A stretch of DNA of 64,000 nt from an uncultured Nitrososphaeraceae archaeon (GCA_963765895.1 CAVXZB010000006.1:1-64000), one strand, 5' to 3'. Positions 25,473 to 38,901 are shown, numbered from the stretch's first letter. A program made the numbers and translations. Notes: generated by a model not told the origin, from the letters alone.

Positions 25473-25694
25473 TCACATCGTATAATATTTTTCTATCCAC
25501 ATTTTTCCATTATCTGAAACCACCCAAGTGCCGTCGGCTGCGTTCTTATATACCCAATTCTTATATACCCAATTTATTGCAATCATATAATCTATCCAAA
25601 CACGTACCAATTCCAAATTATCATCAAAGTCCCTAGCGATTTCTTCACGACTTTTACCTTTAGTCAGACAAATCAAAATGTGGACTGCAGTCAT
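25473..25694 (-). CDS. Small winged-helix-like protein
   Basis: GKSREEIARDFDDNLELVRVWIDYM...WVVSDNGKMW; exact 15-bp tandem duplication (WVYKN x2) at 25543-25572. Confidence 0.55.
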   Translation of the reverse strand: MTAVHILICLTKGKSREEIARDFDDNLELVRVWIDYMIAINWVYKNWVYKNAADGTWVVSDNGKMWIEKYYTM

Positions 25695-25718
25695 TAGTGC
25701 AGATTCACGATGATGTTT

Positions 25719-25830
<112 letters not shown>

Positions 25831-26312
25831 TGTTACATAGAATGCTTTTTACATGCAAAGGATCATCTAGTGTCAAACAGAATAATTCCTTATTGTGAGT
25901 AATCCACATATTATTTATATCTATATAATACTTATATCACGCTTTAGAACATCTTTATAATTGTATTTATACCATATTGTATTTTTTAATACTTTAAATG
26001 TTGAAAATAAATGAATGTAACCTATTTTGATTGATTCTATCATTAATATAGTCTATTAACAAACTCGCTTAAAAAATAATCTCATTTACCTTTATTTTTC
26101 TAATATTAATTAGATAATGATCAGTATTCGCGCACTGCAATTTCCTACAATTATCCACTGGTGTTTCCAATAGTTTTAATCCACCTGATAGTTGAATTGA
26201 TTGTCTGGGCATGGGCGCCCCTGACTTATACCGCCGTTACACGATCCTGTTGTAGGACTATCCAAAACCAAATGTCATAAATATAGTGTTCATCGTACTA
26301 GATATGCATTCT

Positions 26313-26447
26313 ATGAGTGATTGTAGGCATTGGGGTTGCAATAAAGCAGATAATACATGTATTGGGTGTAGTACGATAATCTGTCCGATTTGTTTACAAG
26401 AACCATATAATTGCAATTGTGATAACAAAGAAATGTGTTGTAGATAG
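26313..26447 (+). CDS. Cys-rich microprotein (44 aa, 10 Cys), metallothionein/Zn-finger-like
   Basis: Manual translation MSDCRHWGCNKADNTCIGCSTIICPICLQEPYNCNCDNKEMCCR; TATA-like ATAAATATA near 26277; alternative in-frame ATG at 26304. Confidence 0.6.
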   Translation: MSDCRHWGCNKADNTCIGCSTIICPICLQEPYNCNCDNKEMCCR

Positions 26448-26645
26448 TAGATAAATTCATATAATACCATGATTTAAGGTATCGATTCAAATGGACTGAT
26501 CTTTGTTTTATAGTGTTATTATTATATGCAAGTTGTTTGTTTACATCCACTACTTCCTACTATCTATAGATATCAATTTGAGTACCATTTAATGTGCTTT
26601 ATATTGCACTCGTACCAACTAGCGTACGCCCACGGGCCAAAAGTC

Positions 26646-26768
26646 TTATTTTAGTACAAAGACAGATTCTAGTAGATCAAGGCAATGTTGACATCCTTGC
26701 TTATCAGCATGTTTCTGGACAATATTTAGTAGTTTAAACAAGTCATTCATAACCTCATTTCTGGTCAT
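26646..26768 (-). CDS. Possible 40-aa helical microprotein with CxxC
   Basis: MTRNEVMNDLFKLLNIVQKHADKQGCQHCLDLLESVFVLK by manual translation. Confidence 0.35.
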   Translation of the reverse strand: MTRNEVMNDLFKLLNIVQKHADKQGCQHCLDLLESVFVLK

Positions 26769-26995
26769 TTATTTTAATGGTGGTATGATTTTCTAGTTTT
26801 CTATATCAGTCATTATATATTCATGCTTGAAAGAGCCAATCAGGGTTAACTGCACATACGCCTTGCTTAGCCTCTGCATTTTAGCCAGAGGCCGCAAGGT
26901 TTTTGCGCCTACTCATATAAATAAAACGTAAAGCTCTTTTAACGAGTTCTCCACATTGATAAAGTCGTAAAAAATGTTCTTTTGTTCTACTAAAT

Positions 26996-27175
26996 TCATA
27001 TATAAGAATAAAAAGGCTTTTTCTTGTACTTCTTTGATTTTGTAACGAATACAGAAGATATACCCTTATCTCTCATTACTTTTGCGGCATCTATAATGAT
27101 CGTATCTTCGTCCATTGTAGCAAACTCTTTTTCGACCATAGTTCCTACTTTCTGATTCAAAGAAACAGAATCCAT
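26996..27175 (-). pseudogene. Truncated CBS-domain protein
   Basis: KVGTMVEKEFATMDEDTIIIDAAKVMRDKGISSVFVT is the start of a CBS domain; the remainder is absent. Confidence 0.75.
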
Positions 27176-27392
27176 CTAATATGATGTACTAGTAGTCCTG
27201 ATAATTATGTTTTTTTACTTTACAAGTTAAAGAAGATAGAAAAGTCATCTGAAAAATTTTATCCATATATCGAAAGAATGTGCATTGAGGTATGTTCAGA
27301 GTAGTTAATACATCTGCGCCATATAACATCATTCTTAGAATAAAACTCTTTAACTGCGAGCATTTGCCTTGTACTTCTATTTTTCTTTGTTG

Positions 27393-27995
27393 TTATTTTT
27401 TGAACTTCATCACAACAAATAATGCCTTTGGGTACGGATCTAAAGTTCCTTGATAAACTGTTTCTTTTATACCGACCATTTCAAAGTGCTTATTAAATAA
27501 ATCCATTATCTCATCTTGTGAAAATTTGTATGGGCCTTCCTGCCTAGGTTCTTTGTCACTAAAGCATTTCAAGAACAATATCCCATTATTTCTCAATATT
27601 TGTTTTATTTTCGTGATGTATCCTTGTCTATCTACTGGCAAAAGAACATGAAAACAGCCTCGATCAAAGATATAGTCAAACTCATTGGCTTTAAGTTTGG
27701 AATTTAGAATATCATCTACTACGAAATCAATGTTTTTCTCATTGGCATAAACGCTATTTGCTCTTTTAATTGCAGTTTCAGACAAGTCAGAACCTATAAC
27801 ATTAAAACCTCTTTTAGCAAGCCATACGGCTTGTGTCGCTGGACCTGTACCAAGGTCAAGAAATTTACCATTAGTAATTTTTCTGAGAGATAATTCATCT
27901 TCTAAATCAGAATCAAGGATCTCATTATACCATGGCATAGTCTCTACCTTTTGAATTTTGTATAATGTTTCCCAGTCGGGAAAGTCTTTAGACAA
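27393..27995 (-). CDS. Class I SAM-dependent methyltransferase (TPMT/TehB-like)
   Basis: MPW, FLDLGTGPA, GSDLSETAI, FDYIFDRGCFH. Confidence 0.92.
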   Translation of the reverse strand: MSKDFPDWETLYKIQKVETMPWYNEILDSDLEDELSLRKITNGKFLDLGTGPATQAVWLAKRGFNVIGSDLSETAIKRANSVYANEKNIDFVVDDILNSKLKANEFDYIFDRGCFHVLLPVDRQGYITKIKQILRNNGILFLKCFSDKEPRQEGPYKFSQDEIMDLFNKHFEMVGIKETVYQGTLDPYPKALFVVMKFKK

Positions 27996-28379
27996 TTACG
28001 AATAGCTAGAATCTCTGAAGTGTATTATAACTTTTAAGGTGGCGTAAAAGATGAACAGTATTCCATAATAAAACTCACTACTAAGATATGTCTATGTACT
28101 CAGCAATCAATCATTTCCCATTCTGATTGAAGTCTGGTGACTCCTTCTTTGTCTGGCAAAACAACTAAACCCTAATCCATGCTGTGGTACAATAGTGGTT
28201 TCATCAGATTTACCCTAGTCGCAATGATAGGTCACGAAGATTATCATCATCTAAGATTTAGATCCGCTATTAGCAGCGGATGATTCATCCTAATCCACAG
28301 CCCCCTATTTTTATAAATAAATAACCTAATTATAGACTAGAGAAGTTGCAGCAGGCCAATGTATGTATTGTGAATTTAA

Positions 28380-28934
28380 TTAAACATGTAGTTCTAGTTC
28401 ATGCTCCTTTCGCTCTTTTTCATTATGAAAATGTAGATCACAGTAATGGCATTTTATATGTGGTATTATTTTAATAGGATAAGAGTAATCATCACCATCA
28501 TATCTTTGGATATTCATATTCATACTATCGCTACTAATCTGATCTTTTGCTACTGTTTTCTGCGATGATGTCGGATCGATTGAGGTTATTCGTGGCCTAT
28601 TCCTTTGGATATTTTGTTGTTGTTTTAGTGACTTCTTGTATTCTTCAATGAAATGTCTTAGTGCAAAATCCCAACCATATTTTAGATTTTCAAGATAATC
28701 AGATTCAGCAACAAGATGAACAAATCTAGAATTGGGATTTGTCCTTGCGAGAAAAGAATTTTCCAAGCTACAATTACTATTATCACTAGGAGATATTGCT
28801 AACTTAAGAGCATATTCATTTACTTGTTCAGTAGTCCATAATTGCATTTTCTGATGTATCTCGATTTCCGTATCTTTAGTTTTTTGAGTAGTATTTATTT
28901 TGTATTTCTCCTTGATCTTTTTATCAGATTGCAT
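28380..28934 (-). CDS. Hypothetical protein with C-terminal C2H2 zinc finger
   Basis: CHYCDLHFHNEKERKEHELELH. Confidence 0.65.
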   Translation of the reverse strand: MQSDKKIKEKYKINTTQKTKDTEIEIHQKMQLWTTEQVNEYALKLAISPSDNSNCSLENSFLARTNPNSRFVHLVAESDYLENLKYGWDFALRHFIEEYKKSLKQQQNIQRNRPRITSIDPTSSQKTVAKDQISSDSMNMNIQRYDGDDYSYPIKIIPHIKCHYCDLHFHNEKERKEHELELHV

Positions 28935-30115
28935 AATCAGGATAGCAGCAATACTATATTGATTGCAAGATAGATTAACATATCGTTAAACCTTCAAATT
29001 CATACTGCATTAAAGACTAAGGATGGGAACCATGCTCCGAATAAAAGCTCGAATTTGCTCCGTTGAACAACTGTGCAATCACTAGTGCCAATAATGCAAA
29101 TAAATTGTTGGTTCCATTATTAACAAGATTTAAAGTTATTCATTTTAAACCTTACACTAAGGAGGGATTTGTGGAAAATTGCTAAGTCTTGGATTGAGAA
29201 GAAGGTATTGAAAAAGATGTTACTACATTTATAGCTGAAGTTGTATTTGATAAATTGAGCTCAAATATCAGAGAATACATTAGAATTGCTAGACTGGCGA
29301 ACAATGACATTATAAAGGGTTCAGCAAATTGTTGACACGCCGACCACCTATGGTAACAATTAGGTGAGTTTGTTAACTACGATCCAATATTATCTGCGAG
29401 TAACAATAAGACACCTCATAAATAAATATACATCTTCTAGTATAAACCCTATCGTATCTGAATATGATAACAGGGTCTATTACTTCAATATTATACATCA
29501 TTAATTGTCGACATATAATATTAGACTTGAGTCCAAATAAAACGACAAGATTAGTATGGGTCGAAAGGGTTGTGAATCAAATTTGACGTGACTCTGTCCC
29601 TGGCTGATAGCAATAAAGTCATTAACCTTGGAACTATCAGGAAGTCGTTGGTCCTGGGTTCGATGGGATTCTGTCCGTCCCCGCATGTAGAAAGGCTAGG
29701 TTGTTGGTTATTTAGCTTTTCCTCCCGATCCAGGATAAGAAATGGAAATTGAATCTGATAACTTATTGGTCATAACACACCCAAAATTAACCCGAGGGTC
29801 TACAGACGCGTAAGAAGGTTGTTTCCCACAGGATCAATTATCTGAAAAACCGCACCAGTAGTAAGAGTAGTCACGACAGCACCGCCATTGAGAAAAATAT
29901 CCGACAACCTATTAAGGCCTGACGATGACAAGAATCCGACGAAAAGGCGACAGAATCTTGGCAAGATATAATTTGACCAAAGCAGCAAGAATAAGCATCA
30001 AAAAATAAGGATACCGTTGGATTAGATTGCTGGTGATGAAACATTTCTTGTCGTCAAAAGCTGGTTTTTAAAAGTATAAGCAAGCAGTTCAGCACTTGCT
30101 GAAACTTATATAGAA

Positions 30116-31559
30116 GTGTATATAATGAAGTGTCGACTATACTACACAACAACCAACAAAATGCCATCGATAGTCACCACAAATATCATTAACAAAAAAA
30201 CTTATTTGATGACGTTTATTGCTTGGGCCATAATAATTACCGATGTAATCGTTGGCACCTTTCTTGACGCTTTGGGAAAGCCTCTTAATTCTTCTTCTGG
30301 TGTAATATTGTTTATAACAATGAGTATCACTGTATTTTTTGCAGGTCTGTATGCCCTTAGAGATTATATGGTTGCATTGCGCAAAGACCTTGAGGCTCCT
30401 TCGTTTTTTAATAGGCTGTACAAGGCAACACCTATTTTTCTTTATGCACTTTTGGTTATCTTTGGAGCTATCATTGTTGAAATGGTATTATTTTCACAAT
30501 ATAGCAGTTACCTGCTGATTCTAATTGTCTTAATAAGTTCAGTAGCCATATTGTTCTTTGGTTTTCGCACTTACAAATTCTTGTCATGGTTCAAGTCGAG
30601 TGTCAACAAACGACACAATATCATGATATTGGCATTTGCTGTATCATCGATGCTCCTTTGCATCAGCGTGACAATTAGTACTGTATTTGATACAAAGGAA
30701 TTAGTCTATTCAAGACCACCCTCCATAGATTCAAATTTCCACTCTAGCAATTCTATGGCAAGCAGACACTTATCTAATATAGAACTTGTGATTCATCTCT
30801 ATGGGTTTCTTTATCCTCAAGTTACTGCTATTGCTATTGCAGAAACAGTTGCTGTTGCATATTTTCTTCGTTATTTTAAGGATCAGATAGGAAGAGCAAA
30901 ATTTTGGACAATTATAATTTTACCACCTGTACTTTTTTTAACTGGGATATTTGGTCCTCAATTATTAACTACTGCAACTCAAATGGTATACATGGAGCCC
31001 AGGTTCCTTCTCTTTAGGGTAATGGGTACCGCAGGATGGGTTGTAGCCGATTTTGTAATAGCTTTTGCATATATTTTGGTAGCAAAAACTCTTGGACGGC
31101 AAATTTCCACTTCTCACAGTAAGATCATTAACTATTTGATTATAGCGAGCATTTTCAACCATTTTAATTTCTCCAACGACCAATAACTGGATAACCAACA
31201 ATTCTTATCCACCCTTTGGAGCAATCCAACGTGCCTTTCTTGTGCTTGCCTCTTTTCTCTTTAGTATAGGAATATACTCTGTCGCGATGTCAGTGGCCCA
31301 AGATGCAGAATTGCGTCAATTAGTCAGAAAATATGCAAAGGAGAATGCTCTGCTAGGTACTTTGGGTGATGCACAAAGGGGCGCGGAGATTGTACGAATT
31401 GAAAAGGTTGTAAAACTAATCCATAAACACGCGTATGCTATGGAAAAAGAAACAGCAGTAGAATCTTCAATGTTAGATGATAACGAAGTTAGAGAATATT
31501 TAGAATTGGTGATTAGGGAGACAAGAGGAAAAAAGGATGACAGAACAGTCGGCGCCTAA
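30116..31559 (+). pseudogene. Multi-pass membrane protein with conserved cytoplasmic tail, frameshift near 31147
   Basis: About 10-12 hydrophobic segments; bridging frame AFSTILISPTTNNWITNNSYPPFGAIQRAFLV joins ORFs 30116-31186 and 31242-31559. Confidence 0.8.
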
Positions 31560-32257
31560 CTTGAAAATTAGTGGCTAATGCTTGACACAAAGAGAAATTT
31601 GATCATATTACGCAAGAAGGGGGGAGGAGGAGAAGACCAGGAATAATAAGGATGATAAAAAAACAAAATTATTATAGTAGTTTCATCAGAAACACCAAAA
31701 ACAGCAATAACAAAAACTACATCATTGTTGACATCACGGTATCAGACTGCCAAATCAGAGCAGAGAGTAGGTAGTAGAACGATTAGAACAGCAGCATAAC
31801 TGCAAAGAGATGATGTGGAATACAAAGGCGAACACCAAGACACGTCTGAAGTTGTCATATGTCCTGCCTAAAGGATAAAGCGCGAGGCTCGCTAGCAAGA
31901 TGATGGTAAATCGATTTATGAATTTCATACTGGTAATAGTCGTGGCGGTAACATGTGCCCCATTCGAAAGATATCATAACACAAATAATGGCATCATCAA
32001 GACAAACCAATCTTAAACTTGTAGAAGGTGGCACGCTTAAAACCTATTCTATACCAACATTGGTTAAATGTTCCTACATTTATAGGATCAATCATGCATA
32101 TGCCAGCTGTATGAAAGCTTAATCTTTGAAGAGAGTACCTTGGTTTAGAGGACTTCCCATATGAGTACAGCCTTCGGTATATTGCAATGTTCCCAATTCT
32201 GTATCTTTCTTATATGAGATCTAAGGTTAAATATATAGACCATTATGACTTGTAATT

Positions 32258-33873
32258 ATGGTTGAGGCTGAAAGTATATTCTTAAACGGACACATCTATA
32301 CTCTTGATAGACAGAATAACATAACACAGGCAATGGCAACATATGAAGGTAGAGTTTTGGCTCTTGGCGAGCAATGATAAGATTAAAACGCTAATAGGAC
32401 CAGGAACAAAAATAGTTGATCTGGATGGCAAAGCAGTGTCTGCCTGGATTCAACGATGCACACTGTCATGTTCTTTTGTTTGGCTTAGGATTATTACAGA
32501 TAAACCTAAGAAGTGCTACCAGTATATCTGAAATAATAAATGCTGTGGATAGAGAAGCAAAATTAATACCAAGTGACAAGTGGGTGCGTGGTTGGGGCTA
32601 TAATGAAAACAAGCTCTCTGAGAGGCGTCATCCTACACGATATGATATTGATTCTGTTTCACATGATCATCCAGTTTATTTGACACATATCTCTGGTCAC
32701 ATGAGTATGGTTAACACAAAGGCTCTACAGCTAGCAGGAGTTGACAAAGATACTCCTAATCCGAACGGTGGCATAATAGACCGAGATGGATCCGGTCAAC
32801 CCACAGGAGTATTCAAAGAGTCAGCTCAAGATCTTATAAAAAGGGTGCTCCCGCCATTTACTATTGATGAAGTAAAGGAAGCTCTTGCAGCGGCTAACGG
32901 TCGGCTTTTACAAGAAGGCATTACAAGTGTACAAGATGCGTGGGCTGGTTGGATTGCACCTAATGAATTTAAGGGATATCAGGATGCAGTTAAGGAAGGA
33001 CTATTACAAGTACGTGTTATTCTTATGCCTGATGTTGAATCAATCAAAGTCAAAGACGGACATTTTGATTTCGGATTTGGGATTCATAGTGGATTTGGAA
33101 ATGAACAATTGAAGCTGGGACCCATAAAGATCTTCATAGATGGTTCTCTTATTGGCCGCACTGCCGCTTTAAGTCAACCATATGCCTCTGATTCAAATAA
33201 CAAAGGCTTATTGGTTAAGAGTAAAGAACACATAATGGAGCAGTTTCGTATTGCACATGAAGATGGATGGCAGGTAGCAATGCATGTTATTGGCGATCAG
33301 GCTATCGAGGTCGCTTTAGAGGCCATAGAAAAGGTTATGGGAAAAAAGGCAGAACAATATAGACCCAGATTAGAACATTGTGGTGTTTTAAGAGATGATT
33401 TAATTCAGAGGATCAAGAGTTTAGGCGCAGTAGTTGTTACTCAACCGCATTTTATATGGGAACTAGGTGACGGATTTCGTGATGCATTAGGAGAGGAGCG
33501 TTTGAAGTTAACTTACCCATTCGCAAGTTTACGAGATTTAAATATCATTGCATTTAGCTCAGACAGACCTGTAGTTGAGGGCGCTCCCCTTATAGGAATT
33601 CAAGCAGCTGTCCGTAGGCAGACCCAAAGCGGGGCTTTATTAGTTCCAGAGGAGAAAATAACAATAGGAGAGGCTATAAGGTGGTATACCCTAGGGGCTG
33701 CCTCTGCAGCATTTGAGGAACAGATAAAGGGGACGTTGGAGCCAGGTAAGCTAGCAGACTTTATAGTACTATCAGAAAATCCTTTTGAGGTGAAACCAGA
33801 ACGAATTAGTGAGATAAAAATATGTTTAACTATAATTGGAGGTAAAATTTTCTACGAGTCACAGCCAAAATAG
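32258..33873 (+). pseudogene. Amidohydrolase (YtcJ-like), two 5' frameshifts
   Basis: MVEAESIFLNGHIYT / IVDLDGKAV / LPGFNDAHCH, KIFIDGSL, HVIGD, RLEHC, SSDRP, GTLEPGKLADF. Confidence 0.9.
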
Positions 33874-34496
33874 CTCTAGAGTGTAGCTCTTGCAGCCTAG
33901 TAGATGATATAATAAAGACATACAATTGATGTGTAGTAATGATATTAATTATACAAGAACTTGTTCTATTTTGTCTATGGACGATAATGATGACTTCTAG
34001 TAACGGTTGTTGCAGAAACTACTCTGCCTAACATAATTTCGTGTAACTGCAAAAGCATTTAAACAGCAGATCGCTTGATTGATTTGACGATTTTACTTTT
34101 ACGTCTCTGAAGGTTTTCTTTTGGTCGTAGTATAAGTCCATTATAAGATCTTCTGTTTCCTGTCTGTTTAGCGGCTTCATATAATGTCAAGCCAGCGTAG
34201 CTTTGTCTTAATAATACAGGACTCACTATTATCATTTTCAGACCTCATATCGTGGTGTTGGCACATCTTCTTTTCAGCTATTATGGAATTTTTTCTATTT
34301 TCTCGACGTCCTATCCTGAGCTACCAAGACAATCAAATTAACCATTAACCTGATTCTTTATGTGAGAATGAAAGTCCTTCCGCATGTTATGAGAAACATC
34401 AATGAATTTAACATACCTGCCGGAAATTCCAATGGCTATGAAGTATTATATTTTGGTGTAAATCTGATGATTTGTTGTAATTATTGTGAATGGCTA

Positions 34497-35274
34497 CTAC
34501 CGTATTGTCTCTCCACCATCAACTACGATTGTCTGTCCACTTACAAATGATGCGTAGTCACTAGCAAGGACCAATGCTATGGTAGCAATCTCCTCAGGCT
34601 TGCCTGCTCTTCCTAGTGGAATTGATCTGACAATATCCACCCTTTGTTGAGTTGTAAGTCTATCCCAATTTCGCTGCGTAGCAATAGTCCCAGGTGCAAT
34701 AGCATTACATCGTATTCCATATTTGCCAAATTCAGACTGCTATATGCTTCGTGATCCCAAGGTTAGCAGCCTTTGCCACGGTATATGGTGCACCCTTAAC
34801 ATACCCACTTATTGCAGGGGTAGAAGAAATATTAATTATTACTCCACGACGTTTTTCGACCATGATAGGCAGCACTGCACGGCAGCATCTATAAGTTCCA
34901 ATGGTATCAACATCAACAACATTTTCCAAGTCTTGGTCCTGTATTTGTTCAAAGCTTGCGTCCCATAATTGATCTTTAATTGGGTAGCCGGCATTATTTA
35001 CCAGTATATCAATCTGGCCATATTTTTTATGCACTTTCGTAACCATCTCATTTACTTTATCTGCTAGCGATACATCAAGCTTCAAACCAAGGGTATTAGT
35101 TTGATATTCTCTAGCAATCTGCTCAGCTATACTTTGTGCCTCATTTTCATCTCTTCCTGTTACAATTACATTTGCGCCATGTTCAGAAAAGATATTTGCC
35201 ATCGCTCTTCCATTGCCCCTGGTAGAACCCGTGATAACCGCAATCCTACCATCGAGCAATCTAATCACTGTCAT
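34497..35274 (-). pseudogene. SDR family oxidoreductase (FabG-like), frameshift near 34738
   Basis: TGSTRGNG, LVNNAG, YTVAK; shifted frame continues EFGKYGIRCNAIAPG...IPLGRAGKPEEIA...SGQTIVVDGG. Confidence 0.9.
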
Positions 35275-35654
35275 ATAGGTATAACAAAAGATCCTAAAAT
35301 AGTATATGTAATAATATCTGTAACGTAAGAGAACATGTGATAACATGGTAATCATATCTTTGACATACACAAAAATTCGTCTTATGTGAATTATGTTTCT
35401 GATGTGCTTCCTCATTATAGTTTCTCACCACTATATGATTTATTAAATGACGACAAAGGTTCTAAATGCGTGATCTGCAATAAATATACTTTAAAACTGA
35501 TTCCAATTTACAACATAACTCTGTTACAAGAATCTGTTTAGTCAAGATAGCAAAGTAACTGTATTACGGAGCAGTAGAAATTAACATGAACATTGCTGGT
35601 ACGGAAGCAGCTTTGCAATAGTTGTGAGGATATGTCCGTATGTTGATATTATTA

Positions 35655-36023
35655 TTAGAATTTAGTCTTTTGTAATTGTGGTGACTTCCAGCGGTTAGCC
35701 CATTTTCCCAATTCATTCATAATAGTTTCTAGATCCCTTGCTTGAGGTGTCATACGATATTCTACTTTCGGAGGTATTTCAGAAAAGTTTTTTTAGAGAT
35801 AAGACCTTCGCGTTCTAGCTCTAATAGTCTATCTGATAAAACAGTACTACTTATTCCTGGTAGACCCTTTTTAATTCGTTGAAACGGATGACTTCTTTTT
35901 TACAAAGATTCTTTAGAATTAATAATGACCATCGTTTTACTAGTACTTCCCAAGCGCTGGGAATCTCATATTCCTGAATTTGTAACCTTTAGGTTGCTTC
36001 ATAATACTTAGTCACTTTTTCAT
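35655..36023 (-). pseudogene. HxlR-family winged-helix regulator, disrupted
   Basis: KRWSLLIL...IRFNELKR / LPGISSTVLSDRLLELEREGLI / EIPPKVEYRMT across frames; not in the ORF track. Confidence 0.85.
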
Positions 36024-36077
36024 ACCAGCTACTATTATTCTGCTATTAGAAGATAATTAATATATAATTATATTGCG

Positions 36078-37127
36078 TTACAATGCCTTCACTTCGTTTT
36101 CTCTCGCTTCACGAAGTGCAGGTGCTACACGAGTACCTATTAATTTAGTAGCTCGCATCAGCTTCTCATGAGGTAATGAGGCTGGATTCATCATAAAAGT
36201 GATGCGGGATATGTCACCTAGCACTTTACCGTGCCTAATTATCTTCTCAGCTACCTCGTCTGGATTGCCTACTAGAAGTGCGCCTTGAGGACCTTTCTGC
36301 GCATCAAAACTGGCACGTGTCATCTTTGGCCATCCCCCGCTCCTTCCCAATCTCCGTCATGGTGTATGCATAGCCTGGAAAGAAGTCATCTACAGCCTCT
36401 TGCGTACTCTCTGCGACATAGCCTAGCGAGTGTACCCCCACTTTTAATTGCTCAGCTGAATAGCCGGCCCGCTTTCCAGCCTGCCTATAGAGATCTACAA
36501 GTGGTCTGAATCTGTGTGTTTTGCCACCTATGATAGCAACGATCAATGGGAGTCCAAGCAAACCAGCACGCACGAATGATTCTGGGGTTCCACCAACACC
36601 TATCCATATTGGAAAAGGATTCTGTAATGGTCTTGGATATATTCCATGACCATTCAGAGAAGGCCGATATTTGCCAGACCAAAATACATGCTCATTGTCA
36701 CGAATCTTTAGCAGCAACTCTAGCTTCTCTGCAAAAAGTGAGTCATAGTCCTCCAAATGTAATCCAAAGAGAGGAAATGCTTCGACGAAGGAGCCACGGC
36801 CAACGACCATCTCAGCCCGACCTTGAGACAAAAGATCAAATGTTGCAAGTTCTTGAAACACCCTTACTGGGTCGGCAGACACTTAGTACCGTCACAGCAC
36901 TGGTAAGACGTATGCGTTTTGTTCTTGCAGCTGCAAGCAGCTAAAATGATAGTAGGAGCTGAATCAAGAAACTCCCTACGGTGATGTTCGCCTATTCAAA
37001 AAACATCTAACCCAATTTTATCCGCATATTCAATTTGTTCAATTAATTTAGTCAAACGCTCCGACGCGCTGACCGATAGATTGACGTCGTCAAGTGCTGA
37101 TGCAAAGCTATCAATTCCTACTTGCAT
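36078..37127 (-). pseudogene. LLM-class flavin-dependent oxidoreductase, in-frame TGA at 36996-36998 plus frameshifts
   Basis: MQVGIDSFA...GLDVF*IGEHHRREFLDSAP, RTKRIRLTSAVTVL, DPVRVFQ, GRGSFVEAFPLFG, LLVGNPDEVAEKI. Confidence 0.9.
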
Positions 37128-37704
37128 CCAATACTATTAGGTAAATAATTATTTAAGTACAGTAGTAGTTGCAAACTTAGTTAGTAACTTAGTTAGTATG
37201 AAATACCGTATTAGGTGGGCAGAAATTTACCTAGAAATTCTAATGTTCAAAACTCTACCGCCTGTTTCAATATAATGCAATTCATTTATCATGTAATTGT
37301 TACCTTTTCCAAATGAAACTAAGAGGGAAGCATGGGATGTGCAAACTATATTTCTGCTAACAAATTGTAATATACAGATCTTTTAATTCAAGAAAATGAT
37401 GACACATTATCAATGCTGGATTTATCGATATCATGATTCTAATATAATCCATTAATTTTTTGATTAAAATATTATCCTACGGGCTATATCATCGTAGTAC
37501 CAATCGTAGTAACTACTAAAATTGCAAATTCTTTGGTATTGGAGTATTAGTATCGTTATTCATCTAATTCTCTATACGATTGCCTTGCCAGATAAGAACA
37601 GCATCTGAATTATTCAATAACGTATAGAATAATATGATAAATAAAGAGTATTATCACATAACTGATAAATTTATTAAGGTAGTAGCTTTTATTAATGTTA
37701 TAAT

Positions 37705-37989
37705 ATGGCTTCAAACGAAAACATGTATAATGAGTACTTTAGATATTTTGATAAGATGAATGAATTGTATAACGGATATATTAAAGGCATAGAGAAAACT
37801 AATCAATTATACACTGAATCAATTAAAAATGTTGATAAAATGAATGAATTGTATAAAGAACTTATCAAAACGAACGAAAAAATGAATGAATTGTATAGAG
37901 AGATACAAGGGATAAATCTGGAATGGCTAAATGCTTTTTGGAAACCTTGGCTGGCAAAGGACTGGACAAAGTACGAAAACAAGACATAG
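37705..37989 (+). CDS. Small amphipathic repeat protein (14-aa KMNELY repeats, C-terminal WLNAFWKPW)
   Basis: ATGAATGAATTGTATA at 37756, 37840 and 37882 (42-bp period); TATA-like TTATTAAG upstream. Confidence 0.75.
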   Translation: MASNENMYNEYFRYFDKMNELYNGYIKGIEKTNQLYTESIKNVDKMNELYKELIKTNEKMNELYREIQGINLEWLNAFWKPWLAKDWTKYENKT

Positions 37990-38788
37990 ATAATAATTAA
38001 ATTCTTCTTTTTATTAATTGATCAGATTAATAGAACAAAGTGGATAGAGTAATAACTCGGTTAACACACTCATGAACGCATCAATTCCATTTTTCGCTTT
38101 GACATCTACTTACATTTCGAAAGCTGCTAAATATAAGAAATAGATGGTATCAAGTCAGATTTAATCATGCTCTAAATTTTGCAGTAATTGCCTTAATGTC
38201 TTGAAACATGTTCTCTACACAAAAAATCTAGTTCAGGGATCACGTCAGGATTTGCAAATATTTATTCCTGTAGTTAAGTGAATCTGTTGTAATTTTTTGT
38301 ATAATGTTATTGTTTTAACCTAAACCTCACGACCTTGGAGCTGCAATCTGTTTACACTCCAATACTACATGTTCGGCCTACAACGTACAAATCTGATTGA
38401 AATAAAGAAGATATTCATAGACTTCTATTTTGATTATCGTATAGTTATAACAGTAGTCTAAGATCATCCGTTAATGCATAAGGTTCCTCTGGTCTTCCAA
38501 TAAGTGGCAATCGTGAATTTTGAACGTGGCGAAACGCCATTTGATATTCTGTTTAATAGCAACAGCGCAGGAAGAATTTCACTCGATCAATGTCTGGTTG
38601 CCCAGCCATCACTGTTCTACCAACTATAACTACGTAGCAATATCTGGAGTCAGAAATCGTATACTTCTAATCTTACTACAAGACGGCTACCTTTGATAAA
38701 CTATCAAAAAGCATCTGACGAAAAGAAGCTATATCATGATGTACTTTGAGGTAGATGCCATCAAATCCGATATAATTACTATCATGCG

Positions 38789-38901
38789 TTAGTTACCGAA
38801 ATTACAGGCCCAGGATCGGTCTATTTCCAACCAAAAATATTGAAGATTTTGTGGACTATCTTGGAATAGAAGAACCATCTGATGACTCCGACGATACGTA
38901 G
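38789..38901 (+). pseudogene. C-terminal fragment of an AIM24/TIGR00266-like protein
   Basis: LVTEITGPGSVYFQ / KNIEDFVDYLG resembles the GPGxVxxQTxN terminus. Confidence 0.5.

Noticed and set aside
28262-28281. Hairpin ATCCGCT-N6-AGCGGAT (and a weak one near 53565-53600)
   Set aside because: Short isolated stems are expected by chance and give no support for an ncRNA or terminator.
29501-30050. Slightly GC-richer stretch divergent from the 30116 membrane gene, a possible lost secreted partner
   Set aside because: No WWQW/GPVWF motif or coherent frame could be recovered by eye.
35275-35415. Long N-terminal extensions on the SDR ORF (and on the MDR ORF at 42402-42518)
   Set aside because: Family motifs begin at the downstream ATGs (35274, 42519); the extensions are incidental open frame.
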